Origin: Tubiluchus corallicola
Lineage: Eukaryota > Animalia > Priapulida
NCBI GenBank assembly: GCA_030141605.1
Contig: JAQGDQ010000065.1
Coordinates: 372,001 to 436,000, forward strand
Direction of reading: 5' to 3'
DNA: 64,000 bases
The notes below the pieces were generated by a model that was not told where the DNA came from, ran no database searches, and worked only from the letters and a program-made list of their open reading frames with translations. The first letter of the stretch is position 1, and each line of letters opens with the position of its first letter. The position numbers and the translations under genes were made by a program. Below, in pieces: positions 1 to 14,000 of the stretch.

Positions 1-370
1 ACCTTGTCAATAAGATTAAAAATACGTTTTTGGCTAGTGAGTGTTTGTACCAATTGGCACAAACATTTTAAATTATTAGTCTAGTTACATAAGTCTTTCC
101 AGCAGGCAAGTGAAATTCTAAGTAATATAGATTTGCACAGAAAGTTTTTTGGGTCATAATTTAACATTTACTTTTCTTCCCCTGATTTACGTGGCGTAGT
201 GACATCATGTGATGGCGCCGTCGGAACAGTATTGCGGGAGATTTAAGATGAAGACAAATGAAAATTCCTTTCAACGCGAATACGATATGTGCATAAAATA
301 GCTGTGAAGTAGTATAATTTCTTAAGGCGATTTTTCTGAAACCTATTTCAGGTGCCCCTTTTCTTGTCCT
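1..370. mobile_element. Right part of a Kolobok-like non-autonomous DNA transposon (runs off the window start)
   Basis: Similar to about 29600-29980; ends ...ccccttttcttgtcct followed by TTAA. Confidence 0.55.
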
Positions 371-516
371 TTAACTTCTTGTACTCAACTCTATTTTTAA
401 TTGGCCACCAGTTTATTTGAGCTAAAATACTCCAGTAAGGAGTTGTATTTTCTGACGCAACAAGTTTGTTAAAGCTTCACACTGAATAGTTTCTAACCGT
501 TTCCACTGTGTATTTG

Positions 517-1850
517 TTAAATTTGTCCACGTTTTACTGTTATATAACGATGCAGGTACACCATTGTCTCGTACATAATTAACCTACCTTCTGTTGATTT
601 ATAGCCCATATTTGATGCAGTCCGAATGTTATTTATGTCCATTATCATCACTTTCGTTCTACCTTTTGTTTCTTTAAACATGATGTCATATCCGTTTCTA
701 GTTGCAATCCAGTTAGCAAAATACTTGTACGTTTCTGTCTTACTAATTTCACCATGTTTAACAGATTCTTTTACTTCAGGTGTTGTTTTCTTTTTGGCCA
801 TCTTTGTTTTCATATACTTAGCTTTTTGAATGTTAAATCTTGTCCGTTTTTTCCTCAGTTTCTTTAAAATTCCCCAATACCCAAAATGTCGTCTACGTAT
901 AGAAGTATTCCAATTTCTACTTTTGGACTAAGTATAGTATTTGGATACGTAGCTATATTTATAACTTTGTTCATTAATATACTACAAAGAATTGGACCAA
1001 AAGGTGTGCGGGACTGATTCACCTATAATTATTTCCTGTGTGCAACCTAATGGAGTAGTTATCACTATACTTGCCCTTTTATAAAGTTGGTAAATATAAA
1101 CACATCTTTTTTATGTAGTCAGTAATTCGTTTACACAATCTCTAAGCTAAAGTTTATCAAAACATTTTTCATTGACTCCATAAAGTAAATGTACATCATT
1201 ATTCAGATACCTGTTATAATCCAGTAGAGCTATGATGACAAACAAATGATCTTCAGTGCTTCTAGTTTTTCTGCCACCGCACTGTAAATTTCTTAAGTTC
1301 TAATAAATTGTATCTTTATGTTTCTGAAGCAACACTTTTTCACAGAGTTTGCTAGTAAGACTTGTTAAAAATATCCCTCTTCTACTTTTCATCTCATTCT
1401 TAAGTCCGCTTCCTTTATATGTTGACTTTATGGTCATAAGCCCCCATTCACCAAGAATTTGGTGTGTTTGCTGTATTTCATTAAACATTAAGTGTAGACT
1501 TTATCAAATCTTCACCACCTTCAATCAGCATTTCGTTTCGCCAGTCATGTCTATCATTTGACTTTTCATTTTAATTCCTTTATTCGATTTCTGATTTCTT
1601 GTTCTGTTATGAAGCGCCCACTTTTCCTTTATTATAATTTTCTAATTCTCGAATTTGTTTGTTTATTTGTTCTTCAATCTCTTTTTCTTTCTTAGTTTGA
1701 GCCTTTGTAATAATTGCTTTCTATAGTAATTCGAGAAAATATCTAATATTTATTTTGGATTCTCACAAATTACATCATCATCATTTTTTATAGATGCTAT
1801 GTCTTCTAATTTTTTATTTCAACTCTCCTCCTAAATTCCCAAAAGGTAAT
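517..1850 (-). pseudogene. Decayed non-LTR retrotransposon RT fragment
   Basis: Broken frames contain YKGSG..RRGIFLTSLTSKLCEKVL and CGGRKTRSTEDHLF, typical of the N-terminal LINE RT motifs; many stops. Confidence 0.65.
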
Positions 1851-2415
1851 TTCATGTGTACTAATAATTGGTTTCACTATAAAAATTTAGCCAGACCAGA
1901 CTGGTTTGTGTTTTTTTATTTAGTGAAGTAATTTTATTTTATTTTTTTATTTTTTCTAATTCTATTTCGCAGGTGCACAGGGTTTGTAAGATTGAGCCGG
2001 TACTGAGGCTCAGTAAGCTCTGGAACTGAGTCGTTTGGTTCCATTTGACCACCGATCGACTGTCGATTGGTTCTGCAACCGAGCACTGGTTTATCATGCT
2101 TTAGCATAATTATTTAGTATAATTCAGTGTGATTAGCACAATTAGCAGGCATTGGCCTGCACAGAATGTATTTTCTTCATTTGAAGTATTTACTATGCCA
2201 TGCATTCCTAACAGTGACCTTAAGGTAAAGTCAGATACCATTGTTTTACAAACTTATAACACTGAATCAAAGAAAAACTGTGGAAGTAATCATTAATGTT
2301 GATATACAATTATTAACAACACTGTAATGTACATGTGTTGTAACAACCTTATGTCTTTATTAAATAGGTGTTTCAGCTGTTGCATGTTGTTAGCTGACTC
2401 ACAAAAGCAGGTAAC

Positions 2416-4131
2416 ATGGAAAAACCAACAGTTGAAGAATTCGTAGCACATGTATCGGGTATGATTGAAGAAAAAGATGCAGAGGGATTGTACAAGTTGT
2501 CTCAATCTTCTTGTGTGGATCATATTTTATGTGATGCTGCATGGCATTTATTGCCTTTACTTTGTGAAAGTCTTACTCAAGAAACAGCAGAGCAGTATCC
2601 TGCATATCCATATGCATGTGGAGAGTTTCTGTTAAGGCTGTGCAAGCATGGTAATGCTAAGGAACTTCTTGTTGGTATTTTAGAACATGCAGATACATTT
2701 ATCTGTGATATTCAATACAGTAAGCTTCTGTCAGCTTTGCAGATAATATTGCTTCGGCTTCCTGCTGAAAAGCATCTATATCTGGAGCTAGCTTTACCAC
2801 CAATGTTAGCTCATATTCAGTCTTTACGAGTGCCAGAAGCAAACAGCGTGGACAGTGAGGAAGAACAAATTTTGTATGCCGATGGAGACGTAATACGGAT
2901 TGCTGACTGTATGACAGACTTTGTAGAGTTTCTTCGCCCACTTTTTAATCATGTTAAGCAGTGTGCTAATGATGTGAATGTTCAACAGTCAAAGATGTGC
3001 CTTTCAATAATCCTAATTGGAAGCTTAGGTAGTCCTGTAAATCATTTACCATTAGACGATAAGTCAAGTTGTAAGATCATCGCACATGGTATTATTGAGC
3101 TTTTACTGATTTTAAACAAAAACTTATTTAATGCTTTCTCGTACTTAGCAATGAGCAATGCAAGTTATGACTTTTTCTATTGTCTGCCAGGTGAAGCTAT
3201 TTGTTGCTTGTTTTACCTTATTTTTTGTGAGAAGATTGCATTGGATAGGTTACCATGCGTGCTTCATCCTGTGTATGTAATGCATTTGTGTACTGATATC
3301 ATGAAATCAAGCTTAACACACAAGAGTGCTCAGGTCATCAAAAAATCACTGCTCTTGCTCACAGCTCTCTTAAATAGAATTGATGATTGTGCTAGTGACA
3401 ATCTAGAATTTCAAGAAAGCTATCTTCCAACTTTGCTGATAAATATCACAATTTATAATCATGACAAAGAGTTGCGGCTCATTTCTTTGGATGTTGTGCG
3501 CTTGATTTTCAAGAAATTGCATTTCAGAGCACGAAGCAATTTTCTAGTTCGCATGCTTCACCAGACACAACATTCAGGTGCAAAGGGCTTATTCATAGGA
3601 TTTCTAAAAGATGAGCTCGCATTTCATTTATCTTTAAAATACCCAGCAAAAGAATTCATTTCGGAACCATTCCTTAAGAAATTGCTAAGTCCAGTTTTTT
3701 ATCTTCCTGGTGGGGCAACTACGGATTTGCTTCAAGAGTCTGATAAAATGATGGCTGCGATGAATTTATTACGCTTTCTTCTTATGCGTGATACCAGTAA
3801 TGTGAGTGGTATATGGAACATGATACCTAGCATCACTGCTGAGTTTCTTGATCCCTTGGAAAGAGGCATAAATATATCTAAGGCACACTACAAACTTGAA
3901 CTGGACAACATATTAACAAACAAAACCAAAACTAGTGAATCCAAAAAAATTACTGGTAAACCCGAGATCAGCATTGATGTGGACGGTTTTAGGTTGCCAG
4001 AAGTTACACGCAAACAAGAGATAGATTTGTTAGAAAATGGCATAGCCATGTTTGATTTAATGGCATGCATTCTAGCACATGTTAAAGAAATCATTTATAC
4101 TGCAGAGCGACGTCGGAAAGAGCAAACTTGA
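2416..4131 (+). CDS. GLMN: Glomulin (FAP68 / YAP-binding-ALF4 family), single-exon 571-aa ORF
   Basis: GNAKELLVGILE resembles human CNPKELLLGLLE. DLLQESDKMMAAMNLLRFLLMRD..GIW..FLDPLERGINISKAHY resembles human DLLQNSDRIMASLNLLRYLVIKD..GLW..FLKPLHIGLNMSKAHY. Length is similar to GLMN. Confidence 0.9.
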   Translation: MEKPTVEEFVAHVSGMIEEKDAEGLYKLSQSSCVDHILCDAAWHLLPLLCESLTQETAEQYPAYPYACGEFLLRLCKHGNAKELLVGILEHADTFICDIQYSKLLSALQIILLRLPAEKHLYLELALPPMLAHIQSLRVPEANSVDSEEEQILYADGDVIRIADCMTDFVEFLRPLFNHVKQCANDVNVQQSKMCLSIILIGSLGSPVNHLPLDDKSSCKIIAHGIIELLLILNKNLFNAFSYLAMSNASYDFFYCLPGEAICCLFYLIFCEKIALDRLPCVLHPVYVMHLCTDIMKSSLTHKSAQVIKKSLLLLTALLNRIDDCASDNLEFQESYLPTLLINITIYNHDKELRLISLDVVRLIFKKLHFRARSNFLVRMLHQTQHSGAKGLFIGFLKDELAFHLSLKYPAKEFISEPFLKKLLSPVFYLPGGATTDLLQESDKMMAAMNLLRFLLMRDTSNVSGIWNMIPSITAEFLDPLERGINISKAHYKLELDNILTNKTKTSESKKITGKPEISIDVDGFRLPEVTRKQEIDLLENGIAMFDLMACILAHVKEIIYTAERRRKEQT

Positions 4132-5079
4132 TGAAATGAGAATTAAAAACTTGTTTTTACTTTTATTTAATTCGTACTGAAAATAGTCATCTGTACTGCA
4201 AGAATACATCTCAGTGATTGATTTTTTTGGCTTAATTTTACCTGTACAGTCCATGAACATGGTTTACCTTGAACTAAATTATGCATTATGTACTTACTAA
4301 ATAATTCAGTACTTTTATGGCAGTATCTCTAATACTATATATAGAATCATGGACTAGAAATACCATTCATTTCTATCTGTAGATTATGTTTAGGTTTCAA
4401 GTTAGTATGTATTTCACCATATGTACATTTGTTACAAAACACAACAAAGATGCTCTTGTTCAGCAGTGATTGTCTAAATTCTTTCAAAAATGTACATTAT
4501 TGAGAATCACTAATATGTTGTGTTTTAGTATTCACAATTGTAACACTTGTGCAATTTCCTAGTATATCATTTACCCATAAAAGACAACAGATGTTAGTTC
4601 TACAATGGATAAAAAAATTGAAATGTGAGCAAGTTAACACCATTAGTTTTGATCTTAGTATTGCAATCTTATTTATGGTTGTCGAAATTGGCTGCATTAC
4701 TTGTATCACATTGTGGTGACACAGACCGCAATTTCCATGAAATGTTTCAAATGCTGGATTGAGTTTTCTAAAAACATAAATTCACATTTTACGGATTACA
4801 TTTATAAAAAATTATAATTGTACATTGTCCTGTCTATTATTCTGTTATTACATGTATTGTCAACTATTAACAGGGTCATTTTTGTTGCACTAACAGTTTA
4901 GCATAGACTTACTGAATGTCTTCCTAATGATTAAAAAATGTAAGGTCAAAGATGACATGTTCACCTGAACTCCTTTATTAATTTTTCTTCAGGGAGCATA
5001 ACTATTATATTACTGCACGAACGTCAAGCGTGTATATGAATCAACAACCGTCATCTTGACAAAGTGTTATGCATGCCAA

Positions 5080-8000
5080 ATGATATCAACAAAGCATTTG
5101 ATTTGTGCAAATGATGACATTTATTGGTTTGATAATGAGTGTCATACCAATTTGGTAAATGCTTCTAGAGAAGATCAGTTAATTCTATTTTTGAGTGCCT
5201 GTTGTGTAAACAATACCAGTGTTAAACGTGTTAGCACTGTGTTTGAATGTAGCCAGTTAACTGCATATTATTGCTCAAGGAGGAATAACCACAACATCTT
5301 TGTTCAGGAAGCGGATATTAAAGATAAAACATTTACAGATACCCGTGATATTCATTCGATGGTTAGCAAGTGTATTAAAATTAGAACCAGGTTAAAACAG
5401 AGACCATATGATGCATACGTAATCGCTTGTTTTCTGACAGAAGTCAAGCGGTCCTTTGTGTTACGTCAAGCACTAGTAAAGAAACTGAGAGATTTTTCTG
5501 GGAAGAAACCAAGAAGCCAGCTTTTTCCATTATCTGAAAACAACATACATCTAGTTGTTCAGCTAGAATGGCCAACGAGTCTGTCAGTATGTAAAGCTTG
5601 GTAAGTTGTGGATAATTTCTATCAAAAGTTCTAGGCCTTTGATAGAGTTCTAATTTTTATAGTTATTTAGAAAAAACAAATGGTTGCCAAACATCGTCTT
5701 CTTAATCCCTGTCTTTAACCAGTAAGATAATTGAGGTAAGGGTGCATTAAAATCAAGTGATACTTTATTAGAAATCACTTTATTAGAAAACTCCATGTTG
5801 CACCCCATCTTTTGCTCCAACTGCCTGTAAATCCGTCTTCTAGACGCATGTGTGTACTGTTTTAAGCTGCCTCTTTTTCACTGCTACCAGTTTTTTTGTT
5901 GCTGATGTTGTTTCTTTTTTGTTATCATTGCCATTTAGTTTTTGATGGCGGTGATGATAATGAAGTGAGGATTAGGTTGATAACCATGATGATACTAACA
6001 ATGATTATGATGGTGTGATGTTGATGACACAAACTATGACGCTGATGATGACAATGATGACTATATGGTGACCATGATAATGACACCGTTATTGTTTAAC
6101 TTACTGTCACTGGTTAGACCCCATTGCAAATATTCTACAGGGCATTGGTTACTGTTATACATAGTAACATTTTCTACAATCATCTGGGTCATTATGTTCA
6201 GCCCACGAATACACATATTTCCAATATTTAGGTCATGGCGCCTTATGCTTCTTGTGCTGAAAAAACAAAGTTTAGAAGAAACTATGGCCTGGCTGTCAAC
6301 ATTAGGTGGTGCATATTCTGCAATGGGTGACTATTACATGAGATGTGTATGTATAACTTTCACAGTAATTCATAAGGAATAAGACAAGTTATAAAATTTG
6401 TAACAGTTTTTGTGAATTATTTCAAAAATGGGTAATACTGAAGGTAATAAATGAGGAGTTGTGATGTAAGCTTGTGGGTAAAGTAAAGCAATACTTGACC
6501 GATGTAGTAAATTAATGGCAGGTAAACTGCCTTTTGGCCAGTTTCTCGAACTCTCATCTGCATGCTGCCTTGCTTATTTCACAAAACAAAACTTTATTTT
6601 GTCAGAGCATGAAGATTGTAAATTTTTCAACATTAAGGTACTGTTCTTTGAAGTTGACTGTTTGCAAATTGGTCTAGATATGACAAACTTGTCACTTTGA
6701 TTTGGGATTTCAAATTTTACATTATGCTGATGCAAAAACTGAAGCAGTTTACATGAACACAATTGCAGTTAATTTGGAATTTCAGTACTACAATATAACG
6801 TTATTATAGCGAATATACTAGTATAGGGGACCCAAAAAAAGGTACTCTATAACCGAGGTACTCTGTAATAAGCATATGTGGCTAATCACACACACACACA
6901 CACACATATATATACATATGTATGACTAGATGGACATATAACAATAACATAAGTATATAAATAATGTACACTGCTTGGTTTCATAGAGACGCTATCAAGC
7001 ATCAACTGATTTGAATGTAATTTCAATAAACTAAAAGTTAATGAACATTTCATTTAAATTGCATGTACATGTTCTGATGTAAACTTATATGACATGTTCA
7101 GAAAAGTTAATGAGATTAAAAACAGTCAGTCAATTGTGTTTGCACAAAATTTCTGTTTGTTTCTTGTTAAAAAAGTTTTTTAGCAAGTAACTGCTGTAGT
7201 GTACATCATCACTTGATGAAACATCTCAGTTTCCAGTGTACACCAGTGTAAATAAAACAGCTAGGTGCCAAGTTGCTGAGTGCCAGTGTGTGCTCAATGA
7301 ACTTTATGTGCTCAATGTTTGCTTTAATGGTGTTATGCTGCAGTAGAATCCGTATAGGAAGACAGTGCAAAGGTGCGTTTCAACTGGATGACCTAGTGTT
7401 CCCTCCTAGTGCTTCCTGACCATGAACGTAGGCAAAAATGGCACACTTAGTAAAATATGTGTTTAGGGTTGGGTTACAGCTGGGATAATTATTTTAGTTA
7501 TTTTTACCTCTGCCAAGGAAGTTATGCTTCAACACAGTTTGTTTGTCTGTTTAGTTTTTTGTCTTTATGAAAGTAAGCCTATTATGCAAAAACCATATAA
7601 CAGATTCCAAGAAACGAGTGCCAAATCTTTTCGCTGGTCCCTTTTTCGCAAAATTTGACGGAACACCATGTGCAAAAAATACGTGAAACATTTCTTGGAG
7701 ATCTCAGAGGTAGTGTTTAGTATTTATTTTTTGTTATTTCCACCTAGACAAACAACTATGAGTTAATTCCAGTTCCATTTTGGGAAATTCTCACTTGTAA
7801 ACCTGTATGACGCTGTCTATAACCTTTGCTTATTAATATGTAGTCTTATAAGGTGACTTAGTACGTATATTTGTCAGTCTATTACCATGGCTAAAATTAA
7901 TAGTTAAAAAAGTAGATAAACACTATGTGGCATATTCATGCATTTAACGAACAAATATTGTTTGGGCTTTACGGAGACAAACAAACAAAGTCATCATTCG

Positions 8001-11000
8001 CTCAGTGTAACTGTTTATTGTTTGTACTATTTTCATGGCACATGCCCCGTAGTCATATTTGCTTCATCCCAAAATATTACATTTTATCTGAAATAATATA
8101 TAAATTTCTTTAATAAACTGATTCATTTTTACCAAAACATCGAATATGATTAAATTAATGAGAAGCTTACAACAAAATAAAATAAATGACTAAATAAAAT
8201 TTACGTACATCGTTGGGATTAATCATGAGTTCACGCAGCCACGTCACCACATGTACACCTTGAAACCTAAATGACCGGAAACTCTGTAGGAAGCGACTAT
8301 TGAGGCCAGGTGTCGCCACTTGTAACTTATAGCTATACTAAATTTGACAAACAAAATCCTTGACACCGCCTCCTTAAATGTATGTTAAACATTTACTATT
8401 TACTACAAAGAGTTTAACTGAGCAAAAATCTTTACGAACTGTGCAATCTAATTTTTACAGTGCTTCTCCTTTAAACTCATCAAGTGCGCTTTCAATCAAG
8501 CATAATCTGTGAATGGGGCGCTGCAGCTGCCCATCCTTTGTTTTTAGTGTTACGCTTCTCACTAGGCCGTCTCTTCCAACATGTTTTTCCGTTATTCGAG
8601 CAAGAAGCCAACAACTTCTGGGGGTTTCATCCATTATCAGTACAACGTCGCCTATTTCGACATCCTTCTTTTGACGATTCCATTTTGAGCGGATCTGGAG
8701 AAGCGGCAAGTACTCCGTCTGCCAACGTCGCCAAAAGACATCAGCTAGGTATTGGATCTGGCGCCATTTGCGGCGATAGATGTCTGCTGATGTAAACTTT
8801 CCAGGAGGCAGGTTTGTTAAGTTACACTTCGCCAACAGCAGGTGATTGGGCGTCAGAGGACTACAGTCTTTTGGGTCGTCCGAGGTTGCCGTTAAAGGCC
8901 TACTATTGACAACGTTTTCAACAATGCAGAATAGAGTGTTGAGAGCTTCATCATCAAGAGCTTGTTCATTTGTCACAGAAAGCAAATGCTTCTTGACAAT
9001 CTTGACCATTGCTTCCCATACTCCTCCCATGTGGGGAGCTCGGGGCGGATTATACTCCCACTCGATGTTTTCCTGGAGCAAATCTTTCTGAATAGTGTTG
9101 TGATTCCACTCTTTCATAGCCTTGGAAAGTTCCTTGTTGGCACCTATAAAATTAGTGCCACAGTCGGACCTAATTCTGTTAGGTTTGCCTCTTCTGCTAC
9201 AAAATCTATGGAGTGCTTTAATGAAGGAATCTGTAGACATCGAGAAGAGTACCTCCAAGTGGATGCTTCGTGTGGCTAGACAAGTAAAGAGTGCCCCATA
9301 ACGCTTCACCTCGATTCTACCGCGTTTGACCACAATTGGTCCAAAGCAGTCCACGCCAACCGCAGAGAAGGAGCCTTGTTGAACTCTCTCAGGAGGCAAG
9401 TTGGCCATTTTTTGTTGCAATGGTTGAGAGTAACGCAGCCTACATTGTCTGCATTCATGGATTACTTTCCGCACCATGACTCGCATCCCAATTATCCAGA
9501 ACGCTCTACGGACGGAAGCCATGACATGTTCTCTTCCTGTGTGTCCATTCGTCTCGTGGAAGTGCTGTATGACAAGCCAAGAGAGTCTATGATTTTTGGG
9601 AAGAATAATAGGATGACGAGCTTCATGATCTACTAGAGCATCTTGCAGGCGACCGCCGACACGCAAAATTCCCTCTTTGTCAATAAAGGGATCCAGCTTA
9701 TACAGGCAGGATGATTTGGTTACAGAGCGTTCTCGGCATGTAGATTTGGTACGGGAACACATCGTCTTATATTCTTTGTTGAAACTTTGCTTCTGTGTGT
9801 GTCTGATCAGCTCATTCTGGGCCTCATTTAATTCAGTCAGAGTTAGATTTGTGGAACAATCCATATCACTTCCGCCAGAAGCTTTCCTGTGCAATATTGT
9901 TTTGGCTCGTAATAACCAGGCTAAACCTCTTTTTAGCCTGTAAAAGGATGAGTAATACTGCAACAATTGATCTATGATATTATTTGAAGTTCCCTTGCAT
10001 TCTACGACGTTCACAGTGGCTGACCGCTTTACTTCTTTGTCATTAGCTAGTATATCATCCGAATCTAAATTAGTCTGCGGCCACGAAGCTTCATCTTTTC
10101 TTAAGAAAGATGGACCAAACTTCCATCTATTGGAAAGTAGCAATTCTTCAGCGCTCATGCCTCGGGACGCATCATCAGCGCAGTTGTCTGTTGAGCTAAC
10201 AAACCGCCATTGAGTTGGTGAAGAGACTTGCAAGATTGAGTTGACACGGTTTTGGACGAATGTATGAAACCGCTTTGCTGTGTTCCGAATGTAATGAATA
10301 ACTATCTGACTATCAGTCCAGAAGACCGACTGATCTGTACCAACACAAAAGGATAGCTCTTCCCTTAGCATTTGATCAACTTTTGAGGCTAAAACTGCAG
10401 CGCAGAGTTCAAGACGCGGTATTGTAAGACCTTTAAGTGGGGCAAGTCTTGATTTAGCCATGAGGAATGCTGTGTGAATTTCACCTTGAGCACTCTTCAT
10501 ACGTACATAACTGACAGTACCATAAGCATAGCTCGAAGCATCGCAGAAATGATGCAACTGCAAATGGAAAATCAGGCCAAAATCACGAGGCTTCATGCAT
10601 CTCTCCAACTTGAAGTTTTCTAGTGCGAAACAATCTCCTTTCCACTTTGCCCACTTGGCTTCTGTATCTCGTTCTAGAGCGTCATCCCAATCCTTTTTCT
10701 GAATTCTACATTCATCTTGGAAGAGTTTTTTGGCCTGCAGAACGAATGGACAGATCATTCCTAATGGGTCATAGACTGACGAAATGCAGCTTAACATTCC
10801 TCGTTTTGTACTGGGCTTGTCTTTGAGTGAAACCAAAATTCCAAGGCAATCTTCCTCAACTAGCCATTTAACTCCCAGTACGCGATCAGTTGGCAGAGGG
10901 CTCTGAGTTAAGTCAAGATTCTTGATTTCACTTCCACGTTCTTCAGCAGGCACAGATGCCAAGACCTCACGTCTGTTGCTCATCCACTTAGTTATGTGGA

Positions 11001-14000
11001 ATCCACCAAGAGACAATAAGGCAGTCAGTTGAGAAACTAGCTGTATGGCTTCATTCACGGTGTTTAGCGATTTTAAAAGGTCGTCCACATAGAAGTTTCT
11101 CAAAACGGTAGCGACAACATTTGCGGGAAACAGATCTGCATTGTCTTTTGCAGTCCTTTGCAAAGCAAATGATGCAACGCTCGGGGACCACACCCCGCCA
11201 AACAAGTGTACACACATTCTAAAAGTACGTGGTTGACTGTTAAGATTTCCATCTTTACACCAAAGGAAACGCAACATATTTCTGTGTTTAGGAGACACGA
11301 TCACCTGGTGGAACATCTCCCGGATATCCGCCATTACTGCAATAGGATTCTCTCGAAACCGAAGCAAAACTCCAATGCACGTGTTTGTGAGATCTGGCCC
11401 TTGCAATGGTAATTTATTTAGAGATATTTCATTTGTTTCCGCTGCTGCATCAAAGACGATGCGAGTTTTCTCCGGTTTATTGGCATTAAACACCGGAAAA
11501 TGGGGAAGAAACCATTTCCTGGAAGTAGGGTCATCATCTTCATCGACCTCTTCTGCATATCCTTTCATGAATAGGTCATTTATAGCTATAGTGTATCGGT
11601 TGTGCAATTCTGGGTTCCTCTGCAGCCGTTTACGTAGACTTTCCAATCTAGATGAAGCCATTTGTAGCGTATCTGGTAAAACATCATTCTCAGATTTAAA
11701 TGGGATGTCCAACTGGTAATGCCCATGTGTTTTTGTGATTGAAGCCTCCCATATATCGAGAGCACGCATATCGTCTCTAGAGAAGTGTCTGTCAGACTCG
11801 CTAGTTTCAATTTTCCAGAATTGTTCTATTTGCTGCTGCAAGGAATTGGTTTCTCCATATGACAATGCATTGGCTTGGGTTAAATTACTACAAATGCGCC
11901 CTAAATTAGGAACGCCGCCTCCTATGGGTCCATTAAGGGTCCAGCCTAGCTTTGTCTTCACAGCATATGGCGTTAGTCTAGGACCTGTTCGTACCTCAAG
12001 AGGAATCAGCGCATCAGGAACATCCTGGCCGATCAAAAGTCCCAGTTCAGTTAGGTCTTCTGTATCTGTGAACGATAGGGGAAGTCCTTGCAAATGCGGC
12101 CATTGTTCTACATCCTTGCTAAAGGCCAAGCAGTCCTTTTCCAGTAACAATGCAGGCCTAACGAAGACATGAGGCAAAGCTATTTTATTGCCAGTGTTTA
12201 CCCCAGTAACAGACATCTTCGTGATTAAAGTGTTTACCTTGGAATATTTCTCTTCTATAGTGGTTAAAGAGAGCGTTCGTTCTTGTCCAGTAGCCCCAAG
12301 TTTGTCGAACAATGCCTTTGTACAAAAAGTGTTAGTCGAGCCAGGGTCAAGTAGGGCTAAAGTACGCACGGGCATCTTCCCATCAACTTCAACCAAAACT
12401 GACACAACAGGGAGAGCAGCTTTGCCGCCTTCCTTAATACTAGCACAACTGCTAGAAGCTTCTGGTTTGCAATGTGTTAGCGCTTTTTCCTCCTTGCTTC
12501 CATCATTGTTTTTAGAAGGTGACATTTTCTCCAAGGCAGCATGCAGTAAATTTGAATGCTTACGTCTGCAACCTTCTACGTCGCATCCTGCTTTGAAGCA
12601 CCGAGCAGCCCTGTGCTTTCCTTTAATCAAACAATTGAAGCAAAGACCTTCTCTTCTGGCGGTTTTCAATCTATCAGTATCATTCATTGACTTAAATTTA
12701 TTGCATAGCCTGAGTGAACGGTGTTCCGTAGAGTTACATAGAAAACAAGGCATCTCTAGGCGTTGAGAAGCCATTTTGCCACCACTTCCGGTTGTATTTC
12801 CGGGTTGTCGTTCACTGTTGCATTTCGTAATTGGCGCAGTTTCCTGCGCTGAGCTGGCGAAATTCCTGGCTTTGGTGTCGCGTTTACCTTTTGGGCTCCT
12901 GGTAGGCAGGCTAACGTTAATGTCGCCAAAAACAGGATGATTCATTTTGTCAGCTGCGTCCTTAATGAATTCGACTACATCAAATATCGTCGGATTCCTG
13001 TGCTCATATTTCAGAAGCCTGGCTACAACATCCTTCCACCTATCCTGGAACTTGAATGGGAGTTTTTTAATTATTTGTAGCAAACTGCATTGAGTACTAA
13101 TTTCGCAAACGTTGTTCATTATTTTCAAAGTTTCCACACAAGCCACAATCAAATCCGAAAATTCCTGTAACTTTCCCGGTTCATTTATCTTTATGGGCTC
13201 AAATTCAGCAATTCTGGAAAGCCAGGCCTGTGTGACAACAAATGGCGAACCGAATCTTTCGGTTAAAAGCTGTTTAGCATGCCCATATGCAAAACGGGGG
13301 TCCATGTAATTACAACTGTCTACAACTCTTTTAGCTTTACCAATGCAGAGTTGGGCTAACCTAGTGTACCTCGCTGCATCATCTTGGGTATAGTTCTCCA
13401 CGCTGGCTTCGAAACGCTTGATAAAGCTCCAGAACTTCATTACGTCACCATCAAACGTTTCAAGCTGCACGTGTGGAAGCTGCATAGCATTGTACATATT
13501 TAAGTGTTGTCTTTGGCCTTCTAACATGAGGTCCATAAAAACGTTCATGTCATTCTGACTAGCCCTACCGGAGAAATTCCTAGAATTATTTTGTATCCCG
13601 TTACCATAAGAAGCCTGAGGCGATGTAGCCGGAAGCGGAAGTAGCGTATTCCCTGGGACGAAGTCACGTGCAGAAATATTTAAAGTTTGTTCTACCTGGG
13701 GTGATTTAAATGCGGCATGGAAGAACGGCGTAGTTTGTTTAACGCTAGGTTCTAAAACTTCACTGGGAGAATTTTCGAAGAAGGGTTGTACATCAAATAA
13801 ATAGATATCCCACCATCTACGAAGAAAACCTGATTCATAGTCATCCGAAAAATTGACGTTTACATATTCAGTATAATCCCAGGGCTTCTTTCGGCCCAAA
13901 AAGTGCGCAACTTTAATCTTGCTACTGAACTGCTTCATTGCAGGAAGGTAACCGTAACGACCTTGGACGGCAGCATTATACACAAAAGGTAGGCGCTTGT

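Noticed and set aside
517-829. Small overlapping ORFs as independent genes
   Set aside because: They lie within a decayed LINE fragment.
6065-6231. Hydrophobic N-terminus of the 105-aa ORF 6065-6382
   Set aside because: Intronic read-through from the GAT microsatellite; only 6232-6346 is the conserved exon.
8366-8454. Possible env gene in the BEL element
   Set aside because: Only about 90 bp separate the polyprotein stop from the 3' LTR.
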